NCBI GenBank assembly: GCA_951406725.2 | Contig: OX597823.1 | Location: 31,620,001-31,684,000, forward strand | Reading direction: 5' to 3' | From: Octopus vulgaris | Lineage: Eukaryota | Length of the DNA: 64,000 nt | In this document: positions 14,468 to 28,005 of the stretch, one piece after another | Position numbering within the stretch: the stretch's first letter is position 1 | How the letters are laid out: every line of letters starts with the position of its first letter | Made by a program: the position numbers and the translations under genes | Notes under the pieces: generated by a model | The model's input: only the letters and a program-made list of their open reading frames with translations | Told to the model about the DNA's origin: nothing | Databases searched by the model: none

Positions 14468-14635
14468 TAAAAACGGTAAGATAACAAAAGAAAGAAAGAG
14501 ACCTCAATATTATGTAAATAGAGGAAATTTATCTGTAAATTAATATGTGACAATTATTCAATAGCCAGGGTAAAACTCTGAGTTTCGGATGGCTATTGAA
14601 TAATTGTCACATATTAATTTACAGATATAATTTAC

Positions 14636-14640
<5 letters not shown>
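14465..14640 (-). mobile_element. Inverted-arm element, family D, truncated within the hammerhead motif
   Basis: Perfect arms tctgtaaattaatatgtgacaattattcaatagcca / tggctattgaataattgtcacatattaatttacaga; homologous to 45061-45252 and 20281-20385; flanked by (TA)n. Confidence 0.7.
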
Positions 14641-14675
<35 letters not shown>

Positions 14676-15070
14676 GCATATATACGTACGTATATGTACA
14701 TACCTACATCTATATGTATATATATATATGCATAGGCGGGCACAGGACGTCACGAAACGTGTACAACAAAACAATACGAAGTACGAGTTCATGGAGTATG
14801 AACTATTTTTTTGACCAATGAAAGACACAAATGGAAAAAAAAAAAACAACAACAACATAACGAATGACCCTTCGTCAGTTGTTGGCTGTTTTTTATCAAC
14901 CAGTAGATTGGAAAATGTTTTTGGTATTCTTCACTACTACATGTCTCATTGGCTAATACAAGTTACAGAAATGTACATGGAGGAGACACATGTAAGATAT
15001 ATCCTATTAGAAATTCTTCACAGCTTGAATTTTAACCCTATATACACAATACAAACACACACACACACAC

Positions 15071-15134
<64 letters not shown>

Positions 15135-15141
<7 letters not shown>

Positions 15142-15584
15142 TAAATTAGAGATAAAACCACTATTAGGCAAATCATACAATGAAAAACTTAAGCCAATAC
15201 ACAAGATTAATTAATTTATATTATTTAAATATATATCAAAATTATTAAAAAAGATAATTAGTATAACACTACGATTGATTAAACATCGCTAAGTTAAATA
15301 TTTAAACCACCTGAAGAATGACTGTAACTCGAAATTTTAAGAATTGGACAGCCATGAAACGATCGTAGTGTTATACTAATTATCTTTTTTAATAATTTTG
15401 ATATATATTTAAATAATATAAATTAATTAATATTATGTATTGGCTTAAGTTTTTCATTGTATGATTTGCCTAATAGTGGTTTTATCTCTAATTTGATATA
15501 ATATAACATTTTACTATAAAATTGGATTCAATCCTAAATCTGATTTTTCCCTGTAAGTTTGGATTTATTCCCTAATATTTTATT

Positions 15585-15590
<6 letters not shown>
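15135..15590 (+). mobile_element. Penelope-like inverted-arm element, family B
   Basis: About 140-bp near-perfect inverted arms (15135-15275 and 15361-15502), an unpaired 3' extension to about 15590, flanked by (TA)n. Confidence 0.8.
15306..15369 (+). ncRNA. Minimal type-I hammerhead ribozyme motif (family B)
   Basis: ACCAC CUGAAGA AUGACUGU-loop-ACAGCCAU GAAA CGA UC GUAGU; one mismatch each in stems I and II. Confidence 0.65.
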
Positions 15591-15645
<55 letters not shown>

Positions 15646-15650
<5 letters not shown>

Positions 15651-15729
15651 TTCTGAAACTAATGTTGAGGTTGTTTGGGCAATACTGGTGTATATATATT
15701 TATGTGTGATGATAATAATGATGATGATA

Positions 15730-15762
<33 letters not shown>

Positions 15763-15786
15763 TGTATGTATGTATGTATGTATGTA

Positions 15787-15818
<32 letters not shown>

Positions 15819-15894
15819 CATATACATACATACATACATACATACATACATACATACATACATACATACATACATACATACATACATACATACA

Positions 15895-15927
<33 letters not shown>

Positions 15928-16011
15928 TATCATCATCATTATCATCATCACACATAAATATATATACACCAGTATTGCCCAAACGACCTCAACATTAGTT
16001 TCAGAATTCAT
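15646..16011. repeat. Near-perfect long inverted repeat (LINE fragment plus microsatellite)
   Basis: atgaattctgaaactaatgttgaggttgtttgggcaatactggtg...(TATG)n is mirrored by (CATA)n...caccagtattgcccaaacgacctcaacattagtttcagaattcat. Confidence 0.9.
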
Positions 16012-16109
16012 CAAAGGCTAGGGCCATGGGCCATACATCCCCTACTCAGTTCAGAATCACAACACATAAATATGTATGTTGCCTTCTCAGCTTCATCGCG
16101 TTTCTTCTA

Positions 16110-16473
16110 TTTACTCTTTTACTTTTTTACAGCATGACTGTGGCCATGCTGGAGCACCGCCTTTAGTCGAGCTAATCGACCCCAGGACTTATTCGTTGTA
16201 AACCTAGTACTTATTCTATTGGTATCTTTTGCTGAACCGCTTAGTTACAGGGACGTAAACATACCAGCATCAGTTTTCAAGAGATGTTGGGGAGTCAAAC
16301 ACAGACACACAAACATATATATATACACACATACATATATTTATACATATATACGACGGACTTCTTTCAGTTTCTGTCTACCAAATCCACTCACAAGGCT
16401 TTGGTTAGCCCGAGGCTACAGAAGAAGATACTTGCCCAAGGTGCCACGCAGTGGGACTGAACCCGGAACCATG
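16110..16473 (-). mobile_element. CORE-type SINE (group 1), 5' truncated
   Basis: Homology to 13847-14278. Confidence 0.88.
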
Positions 16474-16482
16474 CGTTTCGTA

Positions 16483-16573
<91 letters not shown>

Positions 16574-16576
16574 TAT

Positions 16577-16654
<78 letters not shown>

Positions 16655-16687
16655 TGTGTATATATATATATAGACATGTATATATAC

Positions 16688-16952
16688 TGTTGTGTCTGGG
16701 GAGAGTCATTCTCTTTTAGTACCTTATAATTTAACACAAACAAACAAAAAGAACACAGCTTGGATAATGGACAGAGTCAATATCTATTGAAAAGGTTGCA
16801 TGATGCAACGAAAATTTTAGAAAAATAAATAAGTAAATGAGTGGAAACTTTACCAGTGAGTATGTTAAATGATAAGTCATTAAAAGAGAATGAATCTCCT
16901 CAGACACAACAAAATATGCTTCAACACACGAACTCACAAAAAGAATCTTGCA
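16688..16952 (-). mobile_element. Inverted-arm element, family L
   Basis: Arms tgttgtgtctggggagagtcattctcttttag / taaaagagaatgaatctcctcagacacaaca; the terminus resembles those at 28700-28775, 46580-46660 and 9995-10062. Confidence 0.6.
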
Positions 16953-17036
16953 AACCAAATCCAAAAACGAAATGTGTGTGTGTGTGTGTGTTTGTGTGAG
17001 TGTGTGTACGTGTGTGTGTGCGTGTGTGTGTATATC

Positions 17037-17116
<80 letters not shown>

Positions 17117-17119
17117 TAC

Positions 17120-17640
17120 ATACTTGTGGTCTCCCCACACAAAAGAAAACATTTCGAAAATTGAATCACCCCAGAGGGCATTCACTAAAATAATAGAGGG
17201 CATGACCAATCTCAGTTATTGGGACTGCCTAAAGCACTACCGTTTGAACGATGTGGAGAATATACAAAAAGCATTCCCCAAACGACCTCAACATTAGCTT
17301 CAAAATTCATCCAAGGCTAGGACCACGGGACATACATCCCCTACCCAATTCAGGATCACAACACATAAATACACTGCAACACAATCTTTTCCTCAACAGG
17401 CCCTGCCCTATTTAACGTTGTCCCAAAACAGATCGAACAGGAAAAGAATTCTTTAAATGAAATCTGGACAAAGGAGACCAGATAAGCCACCTATACCTGG
17501 ATACAACCTACTCAACAAGAACTCCTTACTCGAATGGGTCATGATACCACAAAACTTGACATAAAAACGATTTAACAAATCTTATCAGGTGGTGGTATTA
17601 AGTTAGACATGGCCCCGACCAATCTTTAGTTGAAACATTT
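17120..17640 (+). mobile_element. Decayed CR1-like LINE 3' fragment
   Basis: WSPHTKENISKIESPQRAFTKIIEGMTNLSYWDCLK is a typical CR1 ORF2 C-terminal motif; a homologous piece lies at 15974-16072. Confidence 0.75.
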
Positions 17641-17673
17641 CTGAGTTATATATATATACATACACACACACAC

Positions 17674-17749
<76 letters not shown>

Positions 17750-17810
17750 GTGTGTGTATATATATATATGTGTGTGTGTGTAAACATAGATATATATGTA
17801 CGTATTTGAC

Positions 17811-17864
<54 letters not shown>

Positions 17865-17946
17865 TAGATACATATGTGTGTGCACATTTTTGTGTATTTC
17901 TATATATATGATACATAAATATATGTATCTTTGTGTGTATTTGTGT

Positions 17947-18374
17947 ACATAAATACATATATGTGGATTTGTATCAAGGTATACATATATATATATATAT
18001 ATTAAACATCGTATAAATACACATATGTACATACATATATGAAACATTATACATACACACATACACATGCGCATAAACTTTGCCGACTTCATATACATGT
18101 GTGCGCGTACGAGTGTGTATCTGCTTGTGGTTATGTGCGTATATTTCTGTGTGTGCAAATACATATAAATACATATATGTGGATTTGTATCAAGGTATAC
18201 ATATATATATATATTAAACATCGTATAAATACACATATGTACATACATATATGAAACATTATACATACACACATACACATGCGCATAAACTTTGCCGACT
18301 TCATATACATGTGTGCGCGTACGAGTGTGTATCTGCTTGTGGTTATGTGCGTATATTTCTGTATGTGTGCAAAA
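17947..18374. repeat. Tandem duplication, two units of about 215 bp
   Basis: Unit containing gtggatttgtatcaagg...gcataaactttgccgacttc...ctgcttgtggttatgtgcg is repeated almost identically. Confidence 0.9.
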
Positions 18375-18416
18375 TAAGAATATATATATACATGTATGTA
18401 TATATTGACAGATAAC

Positions 18417-18461
<45 letters not shown>

Positions 18462-18945
18462 CGTTATTCTTTCAAAATTAATTCTGTATGAGTCACAATT
18501 CAGAATGTATTTGTCTTAACCCCACCATTCAGATGACCCAGTCTTTTTTTCAAAACTTTCTTCTATATATAAGAGTTGGTCCAAATGGCTCTGGTCACAT
18601 GACAACGATCTGGTGACATTGCAAAAAATGTCTTAGCAAAAGCCTTTCTTCTTTTCTTTTTTTTTTTTGCACAGTCACCGCTCCAATGTCATTAGACCAG
18701 TGCTACTTAAGCAAAATGTCAGGTATGCGAGAAATATTTAAAAAATGTTTTTAAAATGTTTGAAAAATGTTTACAAAATAGTGCTTGTGACCTGGACACT
18801 GACAACATGAGACTCAAGCAATCACAGCTTTCAATAAAGGATATTACTCCACTCTACTTTACATATTGGAGAGTTTTGTTTTGTTTTTTTTTTCTCTCCC
18901 TTATTTCCAATTCATATATACACACATATATAAATACATATATAC

Positions 18946-19007
<62 letters not shown>

Positions 19008-19179
19008 TTGTATCTATATATTTATTATTTTGTACATTACTTAATCATCAGTATATTATTCTTTATTATCTTATATTTAATATTTCTATTATATGTAATT
19101 TTCTAGATGGTGTAATTTAATTTTTCATTTTGAATTAATAAAAGGTGTTTTTTTCTAATTTATATATATATAATAATAA

Positions 19180-19427
19180 ATACGCCCTTTTAAAGCCTAG
19201 CCAGGCTCATGGGCCGGTTTCCCGGTTTCTATGGTGTATGTGTTCCCCAGCTGGACAAGATGCCAGTCCATCGCAGCGTTACTCATTTTTGCCAGCTGAG
19301 TGGACTGGAGCAACATGAAATGAAGTATTTTGCTCAAGAACACAACGCATCGCCTGGTCCAGCAATCGAAATCACAATCTTACAATCACGGTGCTGACAC
19401 CCTAACCACTAAGCCACGCTCCTCCAC
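19180..19427 (-). mobile_element. tRNA-derived SINE (group 3, body B + tail X)
   Basis: Head gtggaggagcgtggcttagtggttaggg, body ttcttgagcaaaatacttcatttcatgttgctccagtccactcagctgg, tail shared with the 12342 copy. Confidence 0.85.
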
Positions 19428-19604
19428 TATATATATATATATATACACACATATATACACACATATATATACATATATACATATGTATATATCTACATAT
19501 ATACATGTATACATATATGGATATTTATATATACCTCTTATTAAGATTACTTATATATATATATATGAAAGACAGAAGATGGAATATATGAGAATGTATT
19601 ACTA

Positions 19605-19710
19605 ATCACGACAATTGTTTTGACAAATCTAGAATCCATCCCTCATTGGTGGGACACTAAGGAACTCATTCAGGAGTATCTGACGGTGCCGATGTATCTC
19701 ATCGGGTGAT
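19605..19710 (-). ncRNA. Degenerate type-I hammerhead motif (family F)
   Basis: AUCAC CCGAUGA GAUACAUC-long loop-GAUUUGUC AAAA CAAUUG UC GUGAU; perfect stem I, palindromic stem III, but GAAA is read as AAAA. Confidence 0.5.
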
Positions 19711-19888
19711 AAATAAATACAGCTCATATTAATAATAATATTTATTATTAATAAATATTAATAATAATATTTAAATGTATATATATATGTGTGTGTGTGT
19801 GTATATAAATATATATATATATGTAATATATATATGTATATATATAATATAATATAATATAATATAATATAATATAATATAATATATA

Positions 19889-19949
19889 TGCCAATGCCTT
19901 GTGAGTGGATTTGGTAGACGGAAACTGAAAGAAGCCTGTCGTATATATG

Positions 19950-19980
<31 letters not shown>

Positions 19981-20195
19981 TTGTGTGTCTGTGTTTGTCC
20001 CCCTAGCATTGCTTGACAACCGATGCTGGTGTGTTTACGTCCCCGTCACTTAGCGGTTCAGCAAAAGAGACCGATAGAATAAGTACTGGGCTTACAAAGA
20101 ATAAGTCCCGGGGTCGATTTGCTCGACTAAAGGCGGTGCTCCAGCATGGCCGCAGTCAAATGACTGAAACAAGTAAAAGAGTAAAAGAGTAAAGA
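19889..20195 (+). mobile_element. CORE-type SINE (group 1), 5' truncated, young
   Basis: Near-identical to the 3' part of 13847-14278. Confidence 0.9.
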
Positions 20196-20307
20196 GATAT
20201 ATATATAAATATATTATATTATATTATATTATATTATATTATATTATATATACATATATATATATATATATATCTCTATACAATATGTTACATTACTCGG
20301 TAGTCAA

Positions 20308-20368
20308 GATAAAACTCTGAGTTTCAGATGCCGAAGTGGAAATCCACAACACCATCTCTTCGGTTATC
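20308..20368 (-). ncRNA. Hammerhead-like motif (family D variant)
   Basis: GAUAA CCGAAGA GAUG...CAUCU GAAA CUCAGAG UU UUAUC; homologous to 45162-45222. Confidence 0.5.
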
Positions 20369-20680
20369 TGGCTATTTGAAAATGTTATGAAAAAATACCG
20401 TTAAATAAAGGGAAATTACTCTGTTATAACTCTGCTTGCCTGCATACTTATAAATCGCTCGCATTTTTCGTCATAAAAATTATGTAAAAATTATATAAAA
20501 ATACATAAAAATATATAAAAAATATATAAAAATATATAAAAATATATAAATTCTTCTTGGGACATAACATAGAAAGCATGTTCTATCTGTTTTCTTTAGG
20601 GGACCAAAAACGTAACAGAAATTTAGTCACATGTGGGCAAGCCCATCATCTATATATATATATATATATAGATAATGGGC

Positions 20681-20734
<54 letters not shown>

Positions 20735-20967
20735 GAAAGTTGAAAAGAACACACAAGTTGATATGTATAAAGGAAAAAAGTCAAGGTAAAAAATGGTAAA
20801 ATAATTTTATCATAAAAAACATTAGTTTCTTTTTGTTTTTTATAATAAAATTATTTTATATATATATATATATTTATAAACACATACACACATATATATA
20901 TACATATAAATATATATATATTATATGTAAGCAAATATATATATATGCATATATTTACAAATACATG

Positions 20968-21022
<55 letters not shown>

Positions 21023-21174
21023 ATATATATAAATATATAAGTATGTAAAAATTTAGATTCAGATGAATATGGTACCAGAATTTAGTACGGCATTATCCAT
21101 ACAATTTCAAAATAAGGGATTAAAATCAAAATTGCTTATTTTGATTTATATATATATATGTATATATAGATATT

Positions 21175-21358
<184 letters not shown>

Positions 21359-21728
21359 TAGATATGTATATATGTATATATATATATATATAAATAGATA
21401 TGTATATGCTGTTAAATAGAAATTAATATATTTTATAGATATATATATATACATATATATACACACACATACATGCATGCATATAAATATATGTACATGT
21501 AGCATGCACTTCATATATGTTTATGTATGTATGTATGTATGTATGTATGTATGTGCGTGTGTGTGTGTGTGTGTGTATACACATATATATATATTCTCTT
21601 ATTATGTGGTCGTCCAGTACACCAGGATTGTATAACATATAATAAACCAGCTCCCACCAAAAAGAAGGTGATGTTTTCTGTAGACTAGACTTTAGTATTG
21701 AATATGTCACTTCATCACACATAGCAGC

Positions 21729-22007
21729 TTGTGGCACCTTGGGCAATTGTCTTCTACTATAGCCTCAGCATTTGGTAGATGGAAACTGAAAGAAGCCCAT
21801 CATCTATATATATATATATATAGATGATGGGCTATATATATATATATATATATATAGATGTAGAAAGTTGAAAAGAACACACAAGTTGATATGTATAAAG
21901 GAAAAAAGTCAAGGTAAAAAATAGGAAAATAATTTTATCATAAAAAACATTAGTTTCTTTTTGCTTTTTATAATAAAATTATTTTATATATATATATATA
22001 TACATAC

Positions 22008-22095
<88 letters not shown>

Positions 22096-22355
22096 ATATA
22101 TGTATGTATATCTTTATGTGTATGTGTCTTTGTGGCTGGGTTTGTCCCCCCCACCCACCACCATTGCTTGACAACTGAAATGGGTGTGTTTACGTACACA
22201 TAACTTAGCAGTTTGGCAAAAAGCTACCAATAGAATAAATACCAGGCTTACAAAGAATAAGTCCTGGGGTTGATTTGTTCAACCAAAAAGCAGTGCTCCA
22301 GCATGGCCACAGTCAGAAGGCTGAAACAAGTGAGAGAATAAACGAATAAAGAATA
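21729..22355 (+). mobile_element. CORE-type SINE (group 1) with an insertion in its internal microsatellite
   Basis: 5' part 21729-21800 and 3' part 22125-22355 match group 1. Confidence 0.8.
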
Positions 22356-22559
22356 ACATACCAATTACTGAAAGTTCCTTCATTTTATTCATTTGCATAA
22401 TTCATGTTCATTTGCATAATTTACATCTGCTTCTCAATGCTGACATGGGTTGTACAAAGTACATAATGAAACATTATTTTATGCCCTGATACTTTAGGAA
22501 TATATGCACATTGCAAAGATATATATATAAATATATACATACATAGATATACATATTTC

Positions 22560-22717
22560 CATTATTTATATTATTTACATTTGACAGATATTTATCCTCA
22601 TCTTGTTTATTGTTAACATGTTTCGGCTGATATACCCTACAGCCATGGCCATATGGCATAGTGGTTAAAAGTGCGGGCTACTAACCCCAAGTATCCAATT
22701 TCGATTCCTGGTAGTGA

Positions 22718-22753
<36 letters not shown>

Positions 22754-22940
22754 CAACATCGAAAAATACCTTGGGAATGAGAACCCAGGTTCGAAATTTC
22801 CCCAAGACACCTGATGAAGTCTGGAGGGTATATCAACCGAAACGTTGTATTAACAACAAACAAAATGAGAACAAATATCTGTCAAATGTAAATAAAGTAA
22901 ATAATGTACATAATTCCTCATCTCTTAAATATAGAACTAT
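22560..22940 (+). mobile_element. tRNA-headed, hammerhead-tailed element (family A, longest copy) with 5' inverted arm
   Basis: Inverted arm 22560-22644; tRNA-like head 22647-22719 (A box tggcatagtgg, gggCTACTAAccc anticodon-like arm, B-box-like tttcgattcc); (AAT)n(AAC)n linker; family A tail with hammerhead motif at 22806-22851. Confidence 0.75.
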
Positions 22941-23045
22941 AAATATATATATATATATATATATATACACCTTATTTGCTTCCTTTTCTAAAATAACTTC
23001 ACATATTGAACTCAAATATTTCCCTCTATTTAACCATCTCGCATC

Positions 23046-23093
23046 GTCTCTGATGAAGGGATATCCCAAATATCTCAGAAACAGCTGTAAGAC
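23046..23093 (+). ncRNA. Minimal type-I hammerhead ribozyme motif (family C)
   Basis: GUCU CUGAUGA A GGGAUAU-cccaa-AUAUCUC A GAAA CAGCUG UA AGAC; perfect stem I, 7-bp stem II, palindromic ACAGCUGU stem III, GUA cleavage triplet. Confidence 0.72.
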
Positions 23094-23257
23094 TAACTTT
23101 GTCCTTATAAATGTCCTAAAAATTCCACACAGCTTTGGCTTTGTTGTCTCATTTTATTTAACACATACACATATGCGCATGCGCACACACACACACAGAC
23201 ACACATATATGTGTGTGTATATATTTATATGTGTACATATATATAAATATATAAATA

Positions 23258-23302
<45 letters not shown>

Positions 23303-23401
23303 ACACATGCATATTATATGTATACACATATATATATGAATATACATGTATATATATATGTATTTACATGCTCATACACATATATTTAGATTCTAAACAA
23401 A

Positions 23402-23441
23402 GCTGTCCGATGAACAGGAACAGGAAACTCTGAGTAACAGT
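23402..23441 (+). ncRNA. Hammerhead-like motif (family E)
   Basis: GCUGU CCGAUGA acaggaacag GAAA CUCUGAG UA ACAGU; the element continues to about 23547 and is homologous to 62998-63203. Confidence 0.5.
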
Positions 23442-23593
23442 TTTTGTGATATTTTTTGCTACATTTTAATAAACCATATAGCTCTACTTCTGGTATTCGA
23501 GTACTATTTTTTCCACCTTGTTTTGCATTTATGTGATTACTCTGGTATGTGTGTGTGTATGTGTGTGTGTGTGTGTCTGCATATGTGTGTATG

Positions 23594-23624
<31 letters not shown>

Positions 23625-23704
23625 GTATATACATATTATATATATATATTTAATGCATATGCATAATATATATATATATATATATATATATTTAATGCAT
23701 ATGC

Positions 23705-23752
<48 letters not shown>

Positions 23753-25160
23753 GAATGTACATATTTATATATATATACATACATATACATACACATACCC
23801 ACAAACAGATATATCTATATATATATATGCTTGCATATATGCATATGTAAACTGTGTGTCTGTGTGTGTGTGTATGTGTGGAATAGAATCAGTGAAGCAA
23901 TGACAGATGTCCTTGGTCTTTGACTGTTATTTCACAGTACAATATTCATTTACAGGAGCTGTTATTTGGTCCCCCATCCATCCATACATCCATCCGTCCG
24001 TCCGTCCATCCATCCATCCATCCATCTGTCCATCCATTCAGTCACTCATCAATGCGCATTCATTCATCCATGCAGCTCTCAAGCCATCCATGTATTCAAT
24101 TGACACACCCATAACATAACACCCAGCAGAACACAGCCGTTGAAGAAAGTGCATGGTGTTCATGGAAGGAGGCTGCAATTAAAACTGTGACAACCAATGG
24201 GTTTTCACAGCTCAATGGATTCGACAGAGTGTGTCGGAGTAGGAGGAGCAACAGCAGCAGCAGAGCATGTGCAGTCATGGTTGGTTGATTCGGGAGGAGG
24301 ACGCTATAGGAGTCTCGTGTGGGGTGGTAACAAATCTATTGTTGAAAAGGGTGATTTTAACAAATAAATGTGTTGTATTCATGGTGTTACATGTGAGCCT
24401 GTAGTAACAGTAGTGGTGGTCGTGGTGGTGGTGGTGGTTGTGGTGGTGGTTGTAGTGGTGGTGGTGGTTGTAGTGGTGGTGGTGGTGGTAGTAGTTGTAC
24501 TCTGTGTTTGAGTTGGTATGTGCAAGATAGTCAGTGTTTATATTTAGTAAAATGAACATGTCTGTTGTCTATGCGCAGAGTATTATTATAGTTATGATCT
24601 GCAGAGTAATGCACATGTGTGCTGGGTGCATATGTAGTACCCAGGATCATGTGAACGTATGTGCGTGAATATGTATGTGTGTATGTTGTATGGTCTATGT
24701 AGTGCGTATGCAAAGTGATGTGAGCATGCGCAATATATAGTGTACGGATTGGTGTGCATGTATGCTTAGAGTGCAGAACTGTAAGTGGGTGGTGCAAATG
24801 TAAGCACATAGAGTTTTGTGTGTGTATGTGTGTGTATGTGTGTGTATGTGTGTGCGCGCGCATGTTGTAGCAGGTGTTAGCAGCTGAGTAAGTAGGGTGC
24901 AGTTGTGAACAGCAGCAACCCACTCACCCTGCACCTCATGTGGCTGATGCAACACTTCAAGTATAACTTGAAGCAGTTGTTGCAGTAATGGCGGAAGTGA
25001 TTGGGACAGAAGAGCGAAGGAGAAGAGGAAAGAGAGAGAGAGAGACAAAGTGCAATAAGGATTTGTAAATATATTATAAATATAAATACATGTATATACA
25101 AATATATACACAGACACATGTACATACATATGCATATTGCCCTATCTTTCTCTCTTTCTT

Positions 25161-25210
<50 letters not shown>

Positions 25211-25244
25211 TACACAGAAACAGAGAAAGATATAGCTATATATT

Positions 25245-25288
<44 letters not shown>

Positions 25289-25504
25289 CATATATATACA
25301 CATACATGTATGTGTTTGTGTGTGTCCCATTAGGATTTATTTGTCTCCATTTCTACAACTCAAGTAGGTCCCTAAACAAATGGCAATACTCATTTTTTTT
25401 TTTGTCTTTTATAACAGGGTTTGTCTGAATTGGTTGATGTCTGTACATGTATGTTTGTGCTCATGGATAACTTTTATTCATGTGGTATATATATATTCAT
25501 GTGG

Positions 25505-25553
<49 letters not shown>

Positions 25554-26007
25554 TTCACTTCAGTACACAAATCTTTATGCCCCGCACTGTTTATACGTAT
25601 GTATATATATAAGTTGACATAAAGCTATGTACATACATATGTATTAAATAGACCATACAAAATGCTACTTTGTCCTCACGTAAAATACCAAAGCGCTGAA
25701 TATTTACTTGTAGCAGGTCATTTAGAGGCCACTGCATATGTGTACGCATACATACCTTTAGATATGTGTGTGTATCTATGTATTCTTTGTCTTGGTATTT
25801 TTTACTCCAAATCAAATTTTTAATTTTTAATTCACCTGAAGGAAATAGTTAATTTTTTTGCCATGACATAATTGAATTATTCATCAATAATAAAACACAT
25901 CTGGAACAGCTGTAGGGAAGCTTTAACCCATTTTTGCTCCTATTTTATCTAAATTCTCATATATGTAAAGATATAGATATATGCATACAAGTGTGTGTAT
26001 ATATATT

Positions 26008-26112
<105 letters not shown>

Positions 26113-26395
26113 TATATATAATATGTGTGTATGTATGTGTATATGTTTTTACAGGGTGGCCCAATAGTAGGTTTACTGTTATCATGTAGGCACTTAAAAT
26201 TTCTTTTAATACATTTTATTAGATTTAAATTTCTATCTTACAAACTGAAAAGGGAGCTTGACAAAATTAACTAAATTAGCATAGAATAATGGTTTCATAT
26301 TTTTAATAATTAAGATCTAAACTACTAATATATGAATGCACAAGAGATAGTTGAATGACTGTAAACCTACTTTTGGGCCACCCTGTATATATATG

Positions 26396-27032
<637 letters not shown>

Positions 27033-27454
27033 TGTGTGTCTGTGTATATGTACAATATGTCATATATATCTGTGTGTGTGTGTGTGTATGTGTGTATAGT
27101 CAAAAGAAGAAAAGAAAATGAAGACAAGGAAGTTAATAATTATTTATTATAAACAAATTAACCATCTTTGCTTTTTACAGGCATTTCAATTAATACTTAA
27201 TAATTTAATTACAAATTTGTACAATAAATTTGCATTTGTGAGACATGAGCATAATCAGAGAAAAAATGATGTACTTTGGGATGTTAAATATGGATCTATC
27301 AATTAATTCCACCAGACTCAACAATACAAGGTATTGAACCATGTTTTTCCTTGGATGTAACCATCCCTTCACGAGGTTAACATATCCTCTAATTAAAATC
27401 ATATACATATATATGTATGTATATACATGAGTATATTTATACACACACGTATAT

Positions 27455-27486
<32 letters not shown>

Positions 27487-27487
<1 letters not shown>

Positions 27488-27682
27488 TCTTTTACTTGTT
27501 TCAGTCGTTTGATTGCAGCCATGCTGGAGCACCGCCTTTATTCGAACAAATTAACCCCAGGGTTTATACTTTGTAAGCCTAGTACTTATTCTATCGGTCT
27601 CTTTTGCTAAACCACTAAGTTACAGGGATGTAAACACACCAACATCAGTTGTCAATCGATGTTGGGGTGACAAACACAGATA
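27487..27682 (-). mobile_element. CORE-type SINE (group 1), 3' part
   Basis: Homology to the group 1 tail. Confidence 0.85.
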
Positions 27683-27821
27683 CACATATATATATATATA
27701 TATATATGAATGCGTACTGGGGTCGATCTAATCGACTGGCCCCCTCCCCATAAAATTTCAGGCCTTGTGCCTAGAGTAGAAAAGAATAATAAAGCTAAAG
27801 TGAAAATCAAATAAATAGTGC

Positions 27822-27868
<47 letters not shown>

Positions 27869-27869
27869 C

Positions 27870-28005
27870 GACATCCACACCATGCAGGTCTCTCAGGCAT
27901 TTTGGAAGGATATTGAAGAGCTGTGGGGTCCCTGAAACTCAACATGTTGCAGTATCTGATCTCGTATTTTGATGGAGATTTTGGGATCTTTGGCACTATA
28001 TGCAT
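27870..28005 (-). mobile_element. CR1-like LINE fragment
   Basis: RYCNMLSFR.P.LFNILPKCLRDLHGVDV across a frameshift; homologous to 13530-13625. Confidence 0.6.

Noticed and set aside
22647-22719. tRNA gene (Ser-like, ACT anticodon)
   Set aside because: Imperfect acceptor and T stems, no oligo-T terminator, and fusion to a repeat tail; treated as a SINE head. The same applies to the heads at 9182, 19400 and 47565.
22771-23433. 220-aa plus-strand ORF spanning three hammerhead-bearing elements
   Set aside because: It runs through unrelated repeats and (TA)n tracts and has no RT or GIY-YIG motifs. No autonomous Penelope-like ORF was found anywhere in the window.
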